A stretch of DNA of 64,000 nucleotides from an uncultured Clostridium sp. (GTDB lineage Bacteria; Bacillota; Clostridia; TANB77; CAG-508): contig CABPZP010000001.1 of the NCBI GenBank assembly GCA_902461935.1, positions 1,020 through 65,019 of the forward strand, in the 5' to 3' direction. Of the stretch, positions 9,813-22,382 are shown piece after piece. Under the pieces are notes generated by a model. That model was given only the letters and a program-made list of their open reading frames with translations, had not been told where the DNA came from and did not search any database. Position 1 is the stretch's first letter. Each line of letters begins with the position of its first letter. Position numbers and translations under genes: made by a program.

Positions 9813-11069
9813 CTATCCTTCATGTACTTTAAAATTATCTTTATTTTTACCACAAACAGGGCATGTCCAATTATCTGGTAAGTCTGAAAATTCTGTATGT
9901 GGTTTTATTCCTGCTGCTTCATTTCCAACTTTTGGATTATATATATATCTACAATTCATACATTCATATTGGCTTCCTGGTTCTCTATCTGGCTTTATAA
10001 AGTTTTTCAAGCCAACTGCAACAATTAGAACAACCATTATTGCAAAAGATATTGCTTTCCATATTCCGCTTTCTAATAGAATAACAGCAAACATTCCACA
10101 GCAAGCACTAATTCCATATAAAATATAAACAGCTTGCTTTGTTGAAAATCCTCTTCTTACTATTCTATGATGTAAATGCCCCTTATCTGCTTTAAATACT
10201 GCTTTAAAAGATTTTTCTTTAATAATTCTTCTAAATATAGCCCAAATTGTATCAAATATAGGTAACCCCAATACTATTATTGGTAAAACAATTACTGCTG
10301 CAGTATATGTTTTAGCTACTCCTAATATAGATACTATTGAAAGTGTATAGCCTAAAAAATTTGACCCTGTATCTCCTATAAATGTTTTTGCTGGATTGAA
10401 ATTATATGGTAAAAATCCAACTATAGCACCTGCAAGTGCTGTTATCATTATAATTGCTATTATTGGGGAATTATTTAAAGCAAAAATAATTAGTAATGAT
10501 AAACAAGATATTAGAGTTATTCCAGATGATAGTCCATCTAACCCATCCATTAAATTAATCGCATTTGTTATTCCTACAATCCAACCTATTGTAAGTATTA
10601 TTGAAATTAATTCATTTATTTCTGCCGAATGAATGAATGGTATATTTATAGTTCCAAGTCTTAACCCAAAAGATGTTACAATTATAGCTGCTAATAATTG
10701 ACCTGAAAGTTTTACTAATGGTTTTATGCTTTTTATATCATCTATAAAACAAGTTATTCCAAGTACCAAGGCTCCTAAGAAATACCCTATTATTTTCATA
10801 AAATAATGTTCTTGAAATAAATCTAAGTTGCCTTCGTTTTCTATTGTCATTGTGAATATTAAATAACACATTGATACTATAAATCCACAAATAACAGCAA
10901 TTCCACCAAGTTTTGGTATTGGTCTACTATGCATTCTTCTATTATCTTTTGGTATATCTACCGCTCCTACTTTAATTGCTAATTTTATTGAATATGGAGT
11001 CATCATAAAAGCTGTTATAAAAGCAAGTAAAAACGCTATTGCAATATCTCCCCACATATGGTTTTGCAC
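9813..11069 (-). CDS. MraY/WecA-family (GT4) polyprenyl-phosphate sugar-1-phosphate transferase fused to a C-terminal rubredoxin-like domain
   Basis: Polytopic membrane protein with the NAINLMDGLDGL motif; the last about 50 aa are CxxC..W.CPxCG (YECMNCRYIY..DNWTCPVCG). Confidence 0.65.
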   Translation of the reverse strand: MQNHMWGDIAIAFLLAFITAFMMTPYSIKLAIKVGAVDIPKDNRRMHSRPIPKLGGIAVICGFIVSMCYLIFTMTIENEGNLDLFQEHYFMKIIGYFLGALVLGITCFIDDIKSIKPLVKLSGQLLAAIIVTSFGLRLGTINIPFIHSAEINELISIILTIGWIVGITNAINLMDGLDGLSSGITLISCLSLLIIFALNNSPIIAIIMITALAGAIVGFLPYNFNPAKTFIGDTGSNFLGYTLSIVSILGVAKTYTAAVIVLPIIVLGLPIFDTIWAIFRRIIKEKSFKAVFKADKGHLHHRIVRRGFSTKQAVYILYGISACCGMFAVILLESGIWKAISFAIMVVLIVAVGLKNFIKPDREPGSQYECMNCRYIYNPKVGNEAAGIKPHTEFSDLPDNWTCPVCGKNKDNFKVHEG

Positions 11070-11072
11070 CTC

Positions 11073-11519
11073 TTATTTCATATTTTCTTTTTCTATTTCT
11101 TCTATTAATTTAATTCTTTCTTCATGTCTTCCACCTTCAAATTCTGTTGCTATCCACATTCTTAATATACAAATTGCTTCGTTTACAGTAAGTTCATCTG
11201 CTCCTAAAGTTAGTACATTGCTATCATTATGCATTCTTGCATATTTAGCCATATTTTCGTTTAGGCAGTTTGTTGCTCTAATTCCTTTAAATTTATTTGC
11301 AACAATGCACATTCCTAAACCAGATCTACATATTAAAATTCCTTTCTCGCATTCTTTTAATTGAATACTTTTAGAAACTTCTTTTGCTATAGTTGGATAT
11401 TCAGCTCTTTCCTCTGAAAAACATCCGAAATCTTTATATTTTATCTCTTTTTCTTCTAAGTATTTTTTTATTTCTTCTTTTAATTTATATCCTCCATGAT
11501 CACTACCAATAGCTATCAT
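11073..11519 (-). CDS. rpiB: Ribose-5-phosphate isomerase B
   Basis: MIAIGSDHGGYKLKE start preceded by RBS ggaggg; RpiB/LacAB fold; the longer ORF to 11609 has no RBS. Confidence 0.8.
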   Translation of the reverse strand: MIAIGSDHGGYKLKEEIKKYLEEKEIKYKDFGCFSEERAEYPTIAKEVSKSIQLKECEKGILICRSGLGMCIVANKFKGIRATNCLNENMAKYARMHNDSNVLTLGADELTVNEAICILRMWIATEFEGGRHEERIKLIEEIEKENMK

Positions 11520-11662
11520 TTTTATCCCTCCATTTCTGAAAGAATAATAACACAAATTATTACATTTTACAATGTTTTTTATAAAATTGCTTGCATTTTT
11601 CCGTATCACGTGTTAAAATGGTTTCTGTTATAGTTTATTTCATATAAGGAGGTGCAAACACA

Positions 11663-11929
11663 ATGCCAAATATCAAATCAGCAATGAAAAGAGTAAAAGT
11701 TATCGAAAAGAAAACTATGAGAAATAATATGATTAAATCAGGTTATAGAACAGCTGTTAAAAAATTTGAACAAGCTTTAGAATCAGGAAATGTTGAAGAA
11801 GCAAAAGCTTTATTTTCTGAAGCTACTAAAAAAATAGACCAAGCTTGCACAAAAGGTGTTTTAGTAAAAAACACTGCTGCTAGAAAAAAATCTAGATTAG
11901 CTAAAAAATTAAACGCTACTATAGCTTAA
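11663..11929 (+). CDS. rpsT: 30S ribosomal protein S20
   Basis: 88 aa [13 protein letters not shown]..., RBS aaggagg. Confidence 0.9.
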   Translation: MPNIKSAMKRVKVIEKKTMRNNMIKSGYRTAVKKFEQALESGNVEEAKALFSEATKKIDQACTKGVLVKNTAARKKSRLAKKLNATIA

Positions 11930-11965
11930 GTTTAAATTAAATATATAAAAAATTATGCATAGTTT

Positions 11966-11999
11966 TAAGAAAGCAATTTTAAATTGCTTTCTTTTTTTA
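11966..11999 (+). terminator. Rho-independent terminator after rpsT
   Basis: aagaaagcaatt-ttaa-aattgctttctt followed by a T-run. Confidence 0.6.
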
Positions 12000-12698
12000 T
12001 TCTCTTATTTCTTTTGCTAATTTTCCTATTGCTTTTGTTTCTATTCTTGAAACATATGAACGTGATATTCCCATTTCTTGTGCTATTTCATTTTGTGTTT
12101 TTGGTTTGTTTCCATCTAAACCGAATCTTAAGTTTATTATTGTTCTTTCTCTGTCTTTTAAAATACTAGAAATTTTACCATACAATTTCTTTATTTGTAA
12201 TTTTAAGTCTACTTGTTCATCTATTGTTTTTTCATCAGCAACTAACACTTCTTGCAAGGTTACAACATTCGAATCTTTATCTTCTCCGATTGTATCATTT
12301 AAATACACTTCATTTTGTAATTTTTTTGTGCTTCTTAAGTACATTAAAATTTCATTATCGATACATCGACTTATATATGTTGATAATTTAGAACCTTTAT
12401 CAACATTAAAACTATTAATTCCTTTTATAAGTCCTATGCTTCCTATTGAAATCAAATCATCTGTATCTACATTTGAAGTAGAGTATTTTTTTGCAACATG
12501 TGCTACTAAACGTAAATTTCTTTCTATAAGTATATTTCTAGCTTCTTCATTTCCTTCTTTTAATTGTTTTAGATATAAAGCTTCTTCAGCTTGTGTAAGT
12601 GGCTCAGGAAATAAATTGCTACTTTGAATGTATCCAACAACTAAAATAGCTGATTTTATAAAACCTAAAAAACCAAAAAGTGAAAGGGTATGTAACAT
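11997..12698 (-). CDS. sigK: Sporulation sigma factor sigma-K, apparently uninterrupted with a pro-sequence
   Basis: MLHTLSLFGFLGF.. pro-sequence then ..NLFPEPLTQAEE..ARNILIERNLRLVAHVAKKY; RBS ggaggtg; 234 aa continuous. Confidence 0.75.
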   Translation of the reverse strand: MLHTLSLFGFLGFIKSAILVVGYIQSSNLFPEPLTQAEEALYLKQLKEGNEEARNILIERNLRLVAHVAKKYSTSNVDTDDLISIGSIGLIKGINSFNVDKGSKLSTYISRCIDNEILMYLRSTKKLQNEVYLNDTIGEDKDSNVVTLQEVLVADEKTIDEQVDLKLQIKKLYGKISSILKDRERTIINLRFGLDGNKPKTQNEIAQEMGISRSYVSRIETKAIGKLAKEIRE

Positions 12699-12779
12699 AA
12701 ATGCACCTCCATTTTGCTTATAACAAATTATATGAAATAGCAAAACAGAAAGTGCATGACCTATAAAAAATTAATATGT

Positions 12780-13556
12780 TTACCCTAATGCAACGTCTAA
12801 TACCATCATTATTACAAATCCTATTAGCGTAAATAGTGCCATTACGTCTTTTCTTTCGTTTGATTGGCTTTCTGGTATTAATTCTTCTACTACTACGTAT
12901 ATCATTGCTCCTGCTGCAAATGCTAGTAGAAATGGTAGAAACATTCTTATTTTTGCTACTAACAACGCTCCTATTACTGCTGATATTGGTTCTACTATTC
13001 CACTTAACATTCCATAGAAAAATGCTTTTTTTCTACTGAAACCTTCTCTTCTTAGTGGTACACTTACTGCTGTTCCTTCTGGAAAATTTTGCAGTCCTAT
13101 TCCTAGTGCTAATATGCATGCAGATATTAGGTTTGCTCCTTCTAAGTTGTAGGCAAGTGAACCAAATGCTACACCTACTGCCATTCCTTCTGGTATGTTG
13201 TGTAAAGTTATTGAAAATATAAGCATTAAACATCTTTTTAAACTTTTTCGCTCTTGTTGTTTTGTTATACTTCTGTTTTCTTTTTGTTTATCGCTTATTA
13301 TATCAAATACTTTATCTCCTATGAATAATAGTATTCCCCCACATAAAAATCCTGCTGCTACAATTAGCCATGGTATCATATTTAGTTTTTCTGCCATTTC
13401 TATTGCTGGTGATAATAATGACCAAAATGATGCTGCTATCATAACTCCTGCTGCTAATCCTAACATTCCATCCATTATTCCTTTTTTTACTTTTTTAAAG
13501 AAAAATACTATTGCTGCTCCGCAGAGCAGTAACTCCCCATGTAAATAGTGTTGCAA
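12780..13556 (-). CDS. zupT: ZIP-family divalent metal (zinc) transporter
   Basis: Polytopic; LQNFPEG and HNIPEG ZIP signature motifs. Confidence 0.7.
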   Translation of the reverse strand: MQHYLHGELLLCGAAIVFFFKKVKKGIMDGMLGLAAGVMIAASFWSLLSPAIEMAEKLNMIPWLIVAAGFLCGGILLFIGDKVFDIISDKQKENRSITKQQERKSLKRCLMLIFSITLHNIPEGMAVGVAFGSLAYNLEGANLISACILALGIGLQNFPEGTAVSVPLRREGFSRKKAFFYGMLSGIVEPISAVIGALLVAKIRMFLPFLLAFAAGAMIYVVVEELIPESQSNERKDVMALFTLIGFVIMMVLDVALG

Positions 13557-13665
13557 TTAGGGTTTGAAATACATAATTAGAATTAATAAAATAGTCTATC
13601 AAAATACTTCACCCCTGTATTATGATATGACTATTTTGAATTTTATGTGAACTTTTATGTAAAAT

Positions 13666-14421
13666 TTATCTTTTTATAATATCTTTTACAATTTCTCCTG
13701 CTATCATTAAGCCTGCAACAGACGGTACAAATGATATGCTTCCTGGTACCTGGTTTCTTATTGTACATTTTCTTTTTGTTCCCGGTGGACATATGCAATT
13801 TGTTTTGCAACTGCTTTCACTTGTATCGTCTGGTTTTATCGGTTCTTCTTCTGAATAAATAACTTTTAAATTTTCTATGTTTCTTTTCCTTAGTTCTTTT
13901 CTCATTACCTTTGCTAATGGACATATTTTTGTTTTATTTATATCTGTTATTTTAAATTTTGATGGGTCCAATTTATTTCCTGTTCCCATAGCAGATATTA
14001 TCGGTACATTTAATTTTTTGCATTGCATAATAATTTCTATTTTTGCCGTAACAGTATCTACACAATCTACTACATATGATAAAGTATTATCTATAATATT
14101 GTTTTTTGAATTCGGCATATAAAATTCTTGATATACTTCTACTTTAGCATTTGGATTAATTTCTAATATTCTTTCTTTTGCTACTTCTACTTTATATTTT
14201 CCAATTGTTTTTCTTGTTGCAATTATTTGTCTGTTTAAGTTTGTTAAACAAATTTTATCGTCATCTATTAATACAAAGTTCTCTACACCTGCCCTTACTA
14301 GTCCTTCTACAACAAAAGAACCAACTCCTCCTATTCCAAATATTGCAACTTTAGCATTTTTTAATTTTTCTATTCCTTCTTTTCCTATTAATAATTCTGT
14401 TCTTGAAAATTGATTTAACAT
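13666..14421 (-). CDS. tcdA: tRNA threonylcarbamoyladenosine dehydratase (ThiF/MoeB family)
   Basis: Rossmann motif GIGGVGS..LIDDD, 251 aa. Confidence 0.7.
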   Translation of the reverse strand: MLNQFSRTELLIGKEGIEKLKNAKVAIFGIGGVGSFVVEGLVRAGVENFVLIDDDKICLTNLNRQIIATRKTIGKYKVEVAKERILEINPNAKVEVYQEFYMPNSKNNIIDNTLSYVVDCVDTVTAKIEIIMQCKKLNVPIISAMGTGNKLDPSKFKITDINKTKICPLAKVMRKELRKRNIENLKVIYSEEEPIKPDDTSESSCKTNCICPPGTKRKCTIRNQVPGSISFVPSVAGLMIAGEIVKDIIKR

Positions 14422-14495
14422 TTTTTACCTCTTTTATATTTAATAATCTATAAAAGTTTACACCCTCATCTATTACATTGTCAATATTCGATAAT

Positions 14496-14876
14496 TTATT
14501 TTTTTACATTAATGCCTATTATTCCACCTGTTGCTCCTGCTACTAAACTTGTAAATATCATTATTATAGAATTAATATTCAATGCAAATTTCATACTCAT
14601 AATACTAGAAACTATATATATTATTCCTATATAAATTCCACCAACAGCTAAACCTTTTAGCATTCCCTTATTTTTTTCTTTTAATGTGCAAAAAGAACTT
14701 CCTAATAATATTGAAACAATATTTATTACTATAATCCCACTTGTTTCAATATTTTCAGAAACATTTGAATACGTTAGCACTAAGGACAATACAATTAGAG
14801 CTATACATGTAAATATAAAAGATATTAAAATTCCTTTTCCTATATATCCTATATTATTTTTTATACTTTCACTCAT
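14496..14876 (-). CDS. Small polytopic membrane protein
   Basis: 126 aa with four hydrophobic segments; no family recognised. Confidence 0.45.
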   Translation of the reverse strand: MSESIKNNIGYIGKGILISFIFTCIALIVLSLVLTYSNVSENIETSGIIVINIVSILLGSSFCTLKEKNKGMLKGLAVGGIYIGIIYIVSSIMSMKFALNINSIIMIFTSLVAGATGGIIGINVKK

Positions 14877-14922
14877 AAAAAAACCTCCTTTTAATTTATA
14901 TTCAAAAGAGGTTTTTTTATTA

Positions 14923-16485
14923 CTATTCTTCTACATCTTGAAAGCCATCATTATTTGAACTTTCTTCATTGTTGCTTTCTTCGCCATCTTCATCATTTTC
15001 TTCATTAGTTTCTTCATCAGTTTGTTCACTACTATCAGCAGCGTTATTAGTTGTAGTATTTGACGTATTACCTGTTGTATTATTTGTTGTATTTGATGAA
15101 ATATCTTCTATATTTTCTGTTTCTTTTTCTGATGAATTTCTATTTACCTTTTTTATATTCATTGCATCAAAATATTTTTCTAAATCGTAACTATATGCAG
15201 AGCCATTTTGAGTACCTTCTATTTTGTATGTTGTTTTTCCAGATGATGTTATAGAATATACTGTATCTAGTGCGCAAGGTATTAAAGTTGCACCTGTTGA
15301 ATTTATTATTCCATAATGTTTATCTTTTCCTATAACAATAGCTTCATAATCATCTATTGTAACTACATTTCCAGCTGATTTTGTTGATGCTGTACCTACA
15401 ACACATCCTATACTATCGTATTCAATTGGTAATATAAGTTTTCCGTTTTTATTATAAATTCCCCATTTTTCATCTTTTTTTACAGGAATACAATTTTCAT
15501 ATAATAAATATTTATTCTTTATATTTGAATCTTTATATAAAGATGTATCTATTCCTATATCATCATTTTCTATATATATTACAACACTACCACTTTGATT
15601 TAGAACGCCATATTTTTCATTTTGTTTTACAATATAAAGCCCTAAATCCTCATCTAATATTTTTATTTCATCATAATCTAAACTAATTTTAGATTTTCCC
15701 TGGCTATTAATAATTCCAACTTTATTTGCACTTGTAACCATAAAGTCTCCTGTATTTTCCAAGTATGAAATTTCATCATATTTTGGACCTACAATTTCTG
15801 ATCCATCGCTTTTTATTACACCTTTTTTTCCATCTTCTTTTTCAACTACTAATATATCATTTTTTAAAGCTTTTTTATTTTTAAATTCATCACTTAAGCT
15901 TTTATATCCATAACTTGCTATTTTTTCTGTATACGCTGTTTCTAAATAATCTAATGAATATATATTAATATCTTTATTGTAATTAAATCCTATATTTAAT
16001 ATTTTTTGTATTCCATCTGGAGTTGTATACAACTTTCTATTTGAATATTTTACTTCTTCATCTAAATACATATATGAATATGTTTCTTCATTAGAAGATG
16101 TATCTATTTTATATATTTTATTTGAATTTGCACTAAAAGTTACAACTTCATCTGAAAATGCAACATATCCAGTTGAGGTATCTTCTGATATTTTTCCATA
16201 TTCTCCATTATAATAATTAATTCCTAACAATTGAGCTATATCATATATAGAAATATATATTTTCCCATCATCTGTAAATTGAAAATAACTATCATTTAAA
16301 TCTTTTTTTACACCATCAACATAAAATTTAGTTGAAAGTGATTTTAAATACATCATTGTTCCAAATATTCCTATAATGATAACAAGCAAAATAACAATTA
16401 CAGCAATAATTATTTTTTTTGTTTGATTATTTTTTTTCTTTTTTCCAATTATTTGATCTCCATTTATTTCCTCAAATAAATCCAT
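14923..16485 (-). CDS. WG-repeat protein with N-terminal TM anchor and acidic Ser/Asn/Glu-rich C-terminal tail
   Basis: Repeated (K/H)(W/Y)G(I/V)xNxxGxxxIPxxYD modules; one TM helix near the N-terminus. Confidence 0.55.
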   Translation of the reverse strand: MDLFEEINGDQIIGKKKKNNQTKKIIIAVIVILLVIIIGIFGTMMYLKSLSTKFYVDGVKKDLNDSYFQFTDDGKIYISIYDIAQLLGINYYNGEYGKISEDTSTGYVAFSDEVVTFSANSNKIYKIDTSSNEETYSYMYLDEEVKYSNRKLYTTPDGIQKILNIGFNYNKDINIYSLDYLETAYTEKIASYGYKSLSDEFKNKKALKNDILVVEKEDGKKGVIKSDGSEIVGPKYDEISYLENTGDFMVTSANKVGIINSQGKSKISLDYDEIKILDEDLGLYIVKQNEKYGVLNQSGSVVIYIENDDIGIDTSLYKDSNIKNKYLLYENCIPVKKDEKWGIYNKNGKLILPIEYDSIGCVVGTASTKSAGNVVTIDDYEAIVIGKDKHYGIINSTGATLIPCALDTVYSITSSGKTTYKIEGTQNGSAYSYDLEKYFDAMNIKKVNRNSSEKETENIEDISSNTTNNTTGNTSNTTTNNAADSSEQTDEETNEENDEDGEESNNEESSNNDGFQDVEE

Positions 16486-16498
16486 AAATTATCTCCTT

Positions 16499-18381
<1,883 letters not shown>

Positions 18382-18547
18382 CTTTTTTTTAGTATCAAAT
18401 TTCGCATTTTTGTATATTATATATTATAAGAATATTATTTGTTTTTAATTTCTTTTTGTGTTGTTTTCAATGATGCAAAAAGTTTATATAGATTTTCCGG
18501 TGCTTTGCACCGGATTTTGAATTTTGTAAAAAAATTTTCAGTTTTAT

Positions 18548-18774
18548 TAAATTATATTATATATTGTTTTGAAATACCGCGTAAGCGACCAAACGAGCAA
18601 ATATTTTTGCGAGTGCGATTTGGAGCAATCTTCCTTTTATATTATAGTAATTTTCTATTTTTATTGTAGTGGTCGACGCCTCTGTCGACCAGCATATAAA
18701 ATGCTCAATAGACCATTTTTAGTCCGAAGATTGCGACACCAAGGTATAAAAAACAATATATAATATAATTTTAA
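18548..18774. mobile_element. Family-B MITE-like element, full copy 2, with a reverse-oriented family-A hairpin (18664-18690) in its centre
   Basis: TIR ttaaattatattatatattgttttgaaatacc / ggtataaaaaacaatatataatataattttaa; central ttgtagtggtcgacgcctctgtcgacc. Confidence 0.75.
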
Positions 18775-18793
18775 TTAATTTGATTTAATATTT

Positions 18794-19705
18794 TTATTTT
18801 TCTTCTTTTAGTTTTTCTAAAACATCTTCAAAATATGGTGGCAAAGGAGCCTCTATTTCCATTTTTTTGCCTGTTATTGGATGCATAAATTTTATTTTCC
18901 AAGCATGTAACATTTGTCCTTGTACACCAAATTTATTTTTTCCATTTGAATATACCATATCTCCAACTATTGGATAACCTATTTGTGATAAATGTACACG
19001 TATTTGGTGAGTTCTTCCTGTTTCTAAGTTAATTTCTAATAAAGTATTTTCTTTAAACCTTTCTAAAACTTTAAAATGTGTTATTGCTTCTTTTCCTGTT
19101 TTTATAACTGCCATCTTTTTTCTATCTGTAGTACTTCTTCCTATTGGCATATTTATTGTTGCTTCGTTTTCTTTTATTATTCCTCTTGTTAATGCTAAAT
19201 ATGTTTTCTTTACTTCTCTATTTTTTATTTGCTCACAAAGTGCTAAATGTGCTTTATCATTTTTTGCAACTATTAAAACCCCTGATGTATCTTTATCTAA
19301 TCTATGTACTATTCCTGGTCTTATTTCTCCACCAATTCCAGATAAAGTTCCTTTGCAAATTTTCATCAAAGCATTTACAAGAGTTCCATCTGGATTTCCA
19401 TTTGCTGGATGAACTACTAAACCTTTTGGTTTATTTACTACTATTATATCGTTGTCTTCGTATAAAACCTCTACTGAAATATCTTGTGCTTTTATACTAA
19501 TTTCTTTTACCTCTGGAATTTCTACTTCAACTTTATCATTTTCATTTAATTTATATGATGTTTTTACACTTTTTCCATTTACTTTAACATTTTCTTGTTC
19601 TATTAATTTTTGTGCCATTACTCTTGTTAAATTCTCATCTAATGTTGGGAGTACTTTATCTATTCTATTTCCTGCTAATTCTTTATTTATTGTATATAAC
19701 TTCAT
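18794..19705 (-). CDS. rluD: RluA/RluD-family 23S rRNA pseudouridine synthase
   Basis: S4 domain plus HRLDKDTSGVLIVAKN, 303 aa. Confidence 0.75.
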   Translation of the reverse strand: MKLYTINKELAGNRIDKVLPTLDENLTRVMAQKLIEQENVKVNGKSVKTSYKLNENDKVEVEIPEVKEISIKAQDISVEVLYEDNDIIVVNKPKGLVVHPANGNPDGTLVNALMKICKGTLSGIGGEIRPGIVHRLDKDTSGVLIVAKNDKAHLALCEQIKNREVKKTYLALTRGIIKENEATINMPIGRSTTDRKKMAVIKTGKEAITHFKVLERFKENTLLEINLETGRTHQIRVHLSQIGYPIVGDMVYSNGKNKFGVQGQMLHAWKIKFMHPITGKKMEIEAPLPPYFEDVLEKLKEEK

Positions 19706-19726
19706 TTTCTCCTCTTTTCTACTGAA

Positions 19727-20194
19727 TTATTTATTATCTTTTCTTACTGTTACTGCAAACATTGCAAAAAATAGTGCTAATAAACCCCAGCCTACAACTA
19801 TTAATATATCTGAAATATTAAATGCTGGCAATTTCCATAATATTATAAATTTTACAACATACCCTCTAAATAATCTATCTATTAAATTTCCAATTGCACC
19901 TGCAATAATCATTGTTAACGCTACGTAAGTTTTTTTATCTATTTGTTCTTGTTGCATTTTCATAAATTTTATTATTACACCTAGTACTATTAAGTTAGTA
20001 ATTACAAATGTAAAGGTTCCTTTAAATCCAACTCCAAAAGTTCCTGCTACTTCTTCACTAAATTTAAAATTTAGCATATTTGGTATTAAATTTATCTCTT
20101 TTCCTATTATAAAAAATTTAGCTATTTGATCTATTGCAATTAAAACAATAACTGCAATTGTAATTATTATCATACGTTTTTTATTTTTTTCCAT
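19727..20194 (-). CDS. lspA: Lipoprotein signal peptidase II
   Basis: 155 aa, four TM segments, conserved NLIDR motif. Confidence 0.8.
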   Translation of the reverse strand: MEKNKKRMIIITIAVIVLIAIDQIAKFFIIGKEINLIPNMLNFKFSEEVAGTFGVGFKGTFTFVITNLIVLGVIIKFMKMQQEQIDKKTYVALTMIIAGAIGNLIDRLFRGYVVKFIILWKLPAFNISDILIVVGWGLLALFFAMFAVTVRKDNK

Positions 20195-20195
20195 T

Positions 20196-21860
20196 TTATT
20201 TCAACCTTTCATAAATAACAAAATGTTTATCTGAATATATTTGTCTGTAATTATTATCTAGTTTTAAAGAATTATTTAGTTTTGCATCTTGATACAAAAT
20301 TACATGTGTAATTCCATACTTTTCAAAACCATCTTCATAATCCATACCAAAATTAGAAATATCTAAGAAATCTGAGAATATATCTTCATCTTTCCCACTA
20401 AATTCTGGTGCATATAAATCTGCTCTAGAATCTATAAATACCGGTATATTTCTATATAGCATATAACTTCCATAATTGTATTCATTAAAAAATCTTGCAC
20501 TTTTTAAATCTATATTATTAAGTATAAAATCACAAGCCTGTACAGGATATGTACTTTCACTTATGTATTTATCATCTTTTATATCTTTATATAAATTAAA
20601 TCCTGTTAAGCCTATTATTGCAATTATAAGAGTTCCACCTACAATTGTGCCTACTGTTTTAGTTATACTTTCTACTATATTTTTCATATTTGTTGTGTCT
20701 AAATATTGGGTTAAGTATTTATTAAATATTAGTGTTCCAACTACAAGTAACATAGAAGACTGCCTTTTAGACATTATAGTTAAAAGCATCAATCCACCTA
20801 TTAGGAATAAATCTCTTAATTTTATTTTTGTTTTTGTAAACATCCATAAAGCAATTAACACTGCATATACTATAAGAATAGGTTTGTTGTCCCAAAATGT
20901 AATTGGCAAATGTTCATTTATGTTTTGTGTTGTATTTCCTTGCATTGTTTTTATTAAATATGTGTATGGTGTATCTCCTAAAGGTGTTAATAATCCCATT
21001 AGTGCACAAATAATTGCAACTATTATTAGATATTTTATATTTTTATTTTTTTCTATTTCAATTTTATATGCATTTTCTCTTGCTGAATTTCTTTGTTCAT
21101 TTATGGCTTTTAGTTTTCTTTCTAGTTCTTGTTTTTCTTTATTTATTAATTCTTCTTTATTACTTTTCTTTGATAGTTTAATTTTCATTTTTTTTATTAA
21201 ATAAATTACTCTTAGCATTACATCTGAATCATAATATACAATAAATAGGTATTCTGCAATATATGGCAAGAATAGTATAAAGAAAAATGGCCATACTGCA
21301 CAATGTAAATTTGCAATTAAAAGTGATATTATTATCAAGCAAGCTGCATATATTTTTTTTGGTTTTACTACAAATCTTTCTAGCAAATATATAGTTAAAG
21401 CAAACAATATAAATGTTACAAGTTGTGCTCTAGCTGCAATAAAATCTTTTAATAAATATAAATCTAGTAATACAAATATTAGTGATGTTAATTTATTTTT
21501 TGTAAGTTTAGAATTGGTAAAATATATTGCAATTCCTAATAAAAATGAAAACATTATTGTAGATATATAAATTCCATCCCAACTCCCAATTTGGTATATT
21601 ATATTCATAATAACATCATATAACCAATGTGGATATGTATATTTTAAATCTTGGTGCCACGAAAACGGATCCATCATATCTACTGTTTTAGTATTTAAAA
21701 TATGTTCTCCAATTTTTACTGTATAATATGTATCATTTTGTAAAGTTTTTGGTGAAACGGCAAAAGCCATAATTGCAATACAAACAACTGCAACAATATT
21801 AAATATTACTTTTTGTTTTTTCGTAAGTTCCATAAAATTTCCTTTCAAACTTTTTTGCAT
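20196..21860 (-). CDS. Large polytopic membrane protein, possible GT-C-fold glycosyltransferase, with an internal coiled-coil
   Basis: 554 aa, many TM segments, charged coiled-coil segment in the middle; family not confidently recognised. Confidence 0.4.
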   Translation of the reverse strand: MQKSLKGNFMELTKKQKVIFNIVAVVCIAIMAFAVSPKTLQNDTYYTVKIGEHILNTKTVDMMDPFSWHQDLKYTYPHWLYDVIMNIIYQIGSWDGIYISTIMFSFLLGIAIYFTNSKLTKNKLTSLIFVLLDLYLLKDFIAARAQLVTFILFALTIYLLERFVVKPKKIYAACLIIISLLIANLHCAVWPFFFILFLPYIAEYLFIVYYDSDVMLRVIYLIKKMKIKLSKKSNKEELINKEKQELERKLKAINEQRNSARENAYKIEIEKNKNIKYLIIVAIICALMGLLTPLGDTPYTYLIKTMQGNTTQNINEHLPITFWDNKPILIVYAVLIALWMFTKTKIKLRDLFLIGGLMLLTIMSKRQSSMLLVVGTLIFNKYLTQYLDTTNMKNIVESITKTVGTIVGGTLIIAIIGLTGFNLYKDIKDDKYISESTYPVQACDFILNNIDLKSARFFNEYNYGSYMLYRNIPVFIDSRADLYAPEFSGKDEDIFSDFLDISNFGMDYEDGFEKYGITHVILYQDAKLNNSLKLDNNYRQIYSDKHFVIYERLK

Positions 21861-21910
21861 ATTATATCAAAAAAAAGATAAAATGCATAGACATTTTATC
21901 TTTTTTATTT

Positions 21911-22369
21911 TTATCTTTCTCTATCTCTTTCAGATTTGTTTGTATATAATTGTCTTAAATCTGCTACGAGTTTTGATTCCTTTTCTGTTGGCTCATGTCT
22001 TCTTGGTTCTAAGTTTATTTGCGGTTTATTATTATATACATTTGCAAGCCTACTTAAAGTTTCTTTTCTTTGTTCTTCTTTGGTTAATACTTTTTTATTT
22101 TTTTCTGGTACCTTTAAAATTTTTGAACCATCTACTGATTTATATGCTCTTAATCCGCCCTCTTTTATAAATTTATCAATTTCTCTTGGTTTTATTTCTA
22201 AGGTTTCTACAAGTTCTAAAGCACTTGCATTAGGATGCTTTTCTAAATATTTCTTTATTGCAAGTATTTTTACTCTATCACCTTTTGTTTTTATACATAG
22301 TCCACATATATCTATTCCATTTGATTGTTGAACTCTATTTCCACACACACAGCATGTTACAAATTCCAT
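21911..22369 (-). CDS. Zinc-ribbon protein (resembles YvyF/TIGR03826-type 'flagellar operon' proteins)
   Basis: N-terminal CCVCG...CGLC zinc ribbon followed by a small helical domain; 152 aa. Confidence 0.4.
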   Translation of the reverse strand: MEFVTCCVCGNRVQQSNGIDICGLCIKTKGDRVKILAIKKYLEKHPNASALELVETLEIKPREIDKFIKEGGLRAYKSVDGSKILKVPEKNKKVLTKEEQRKETLSRLANVYNNKPQINLEPRRHEPTEKESKLVADLRQLYTNKSERDRER

Positions 22370-22382
22370 AACTTTGTCTCCT

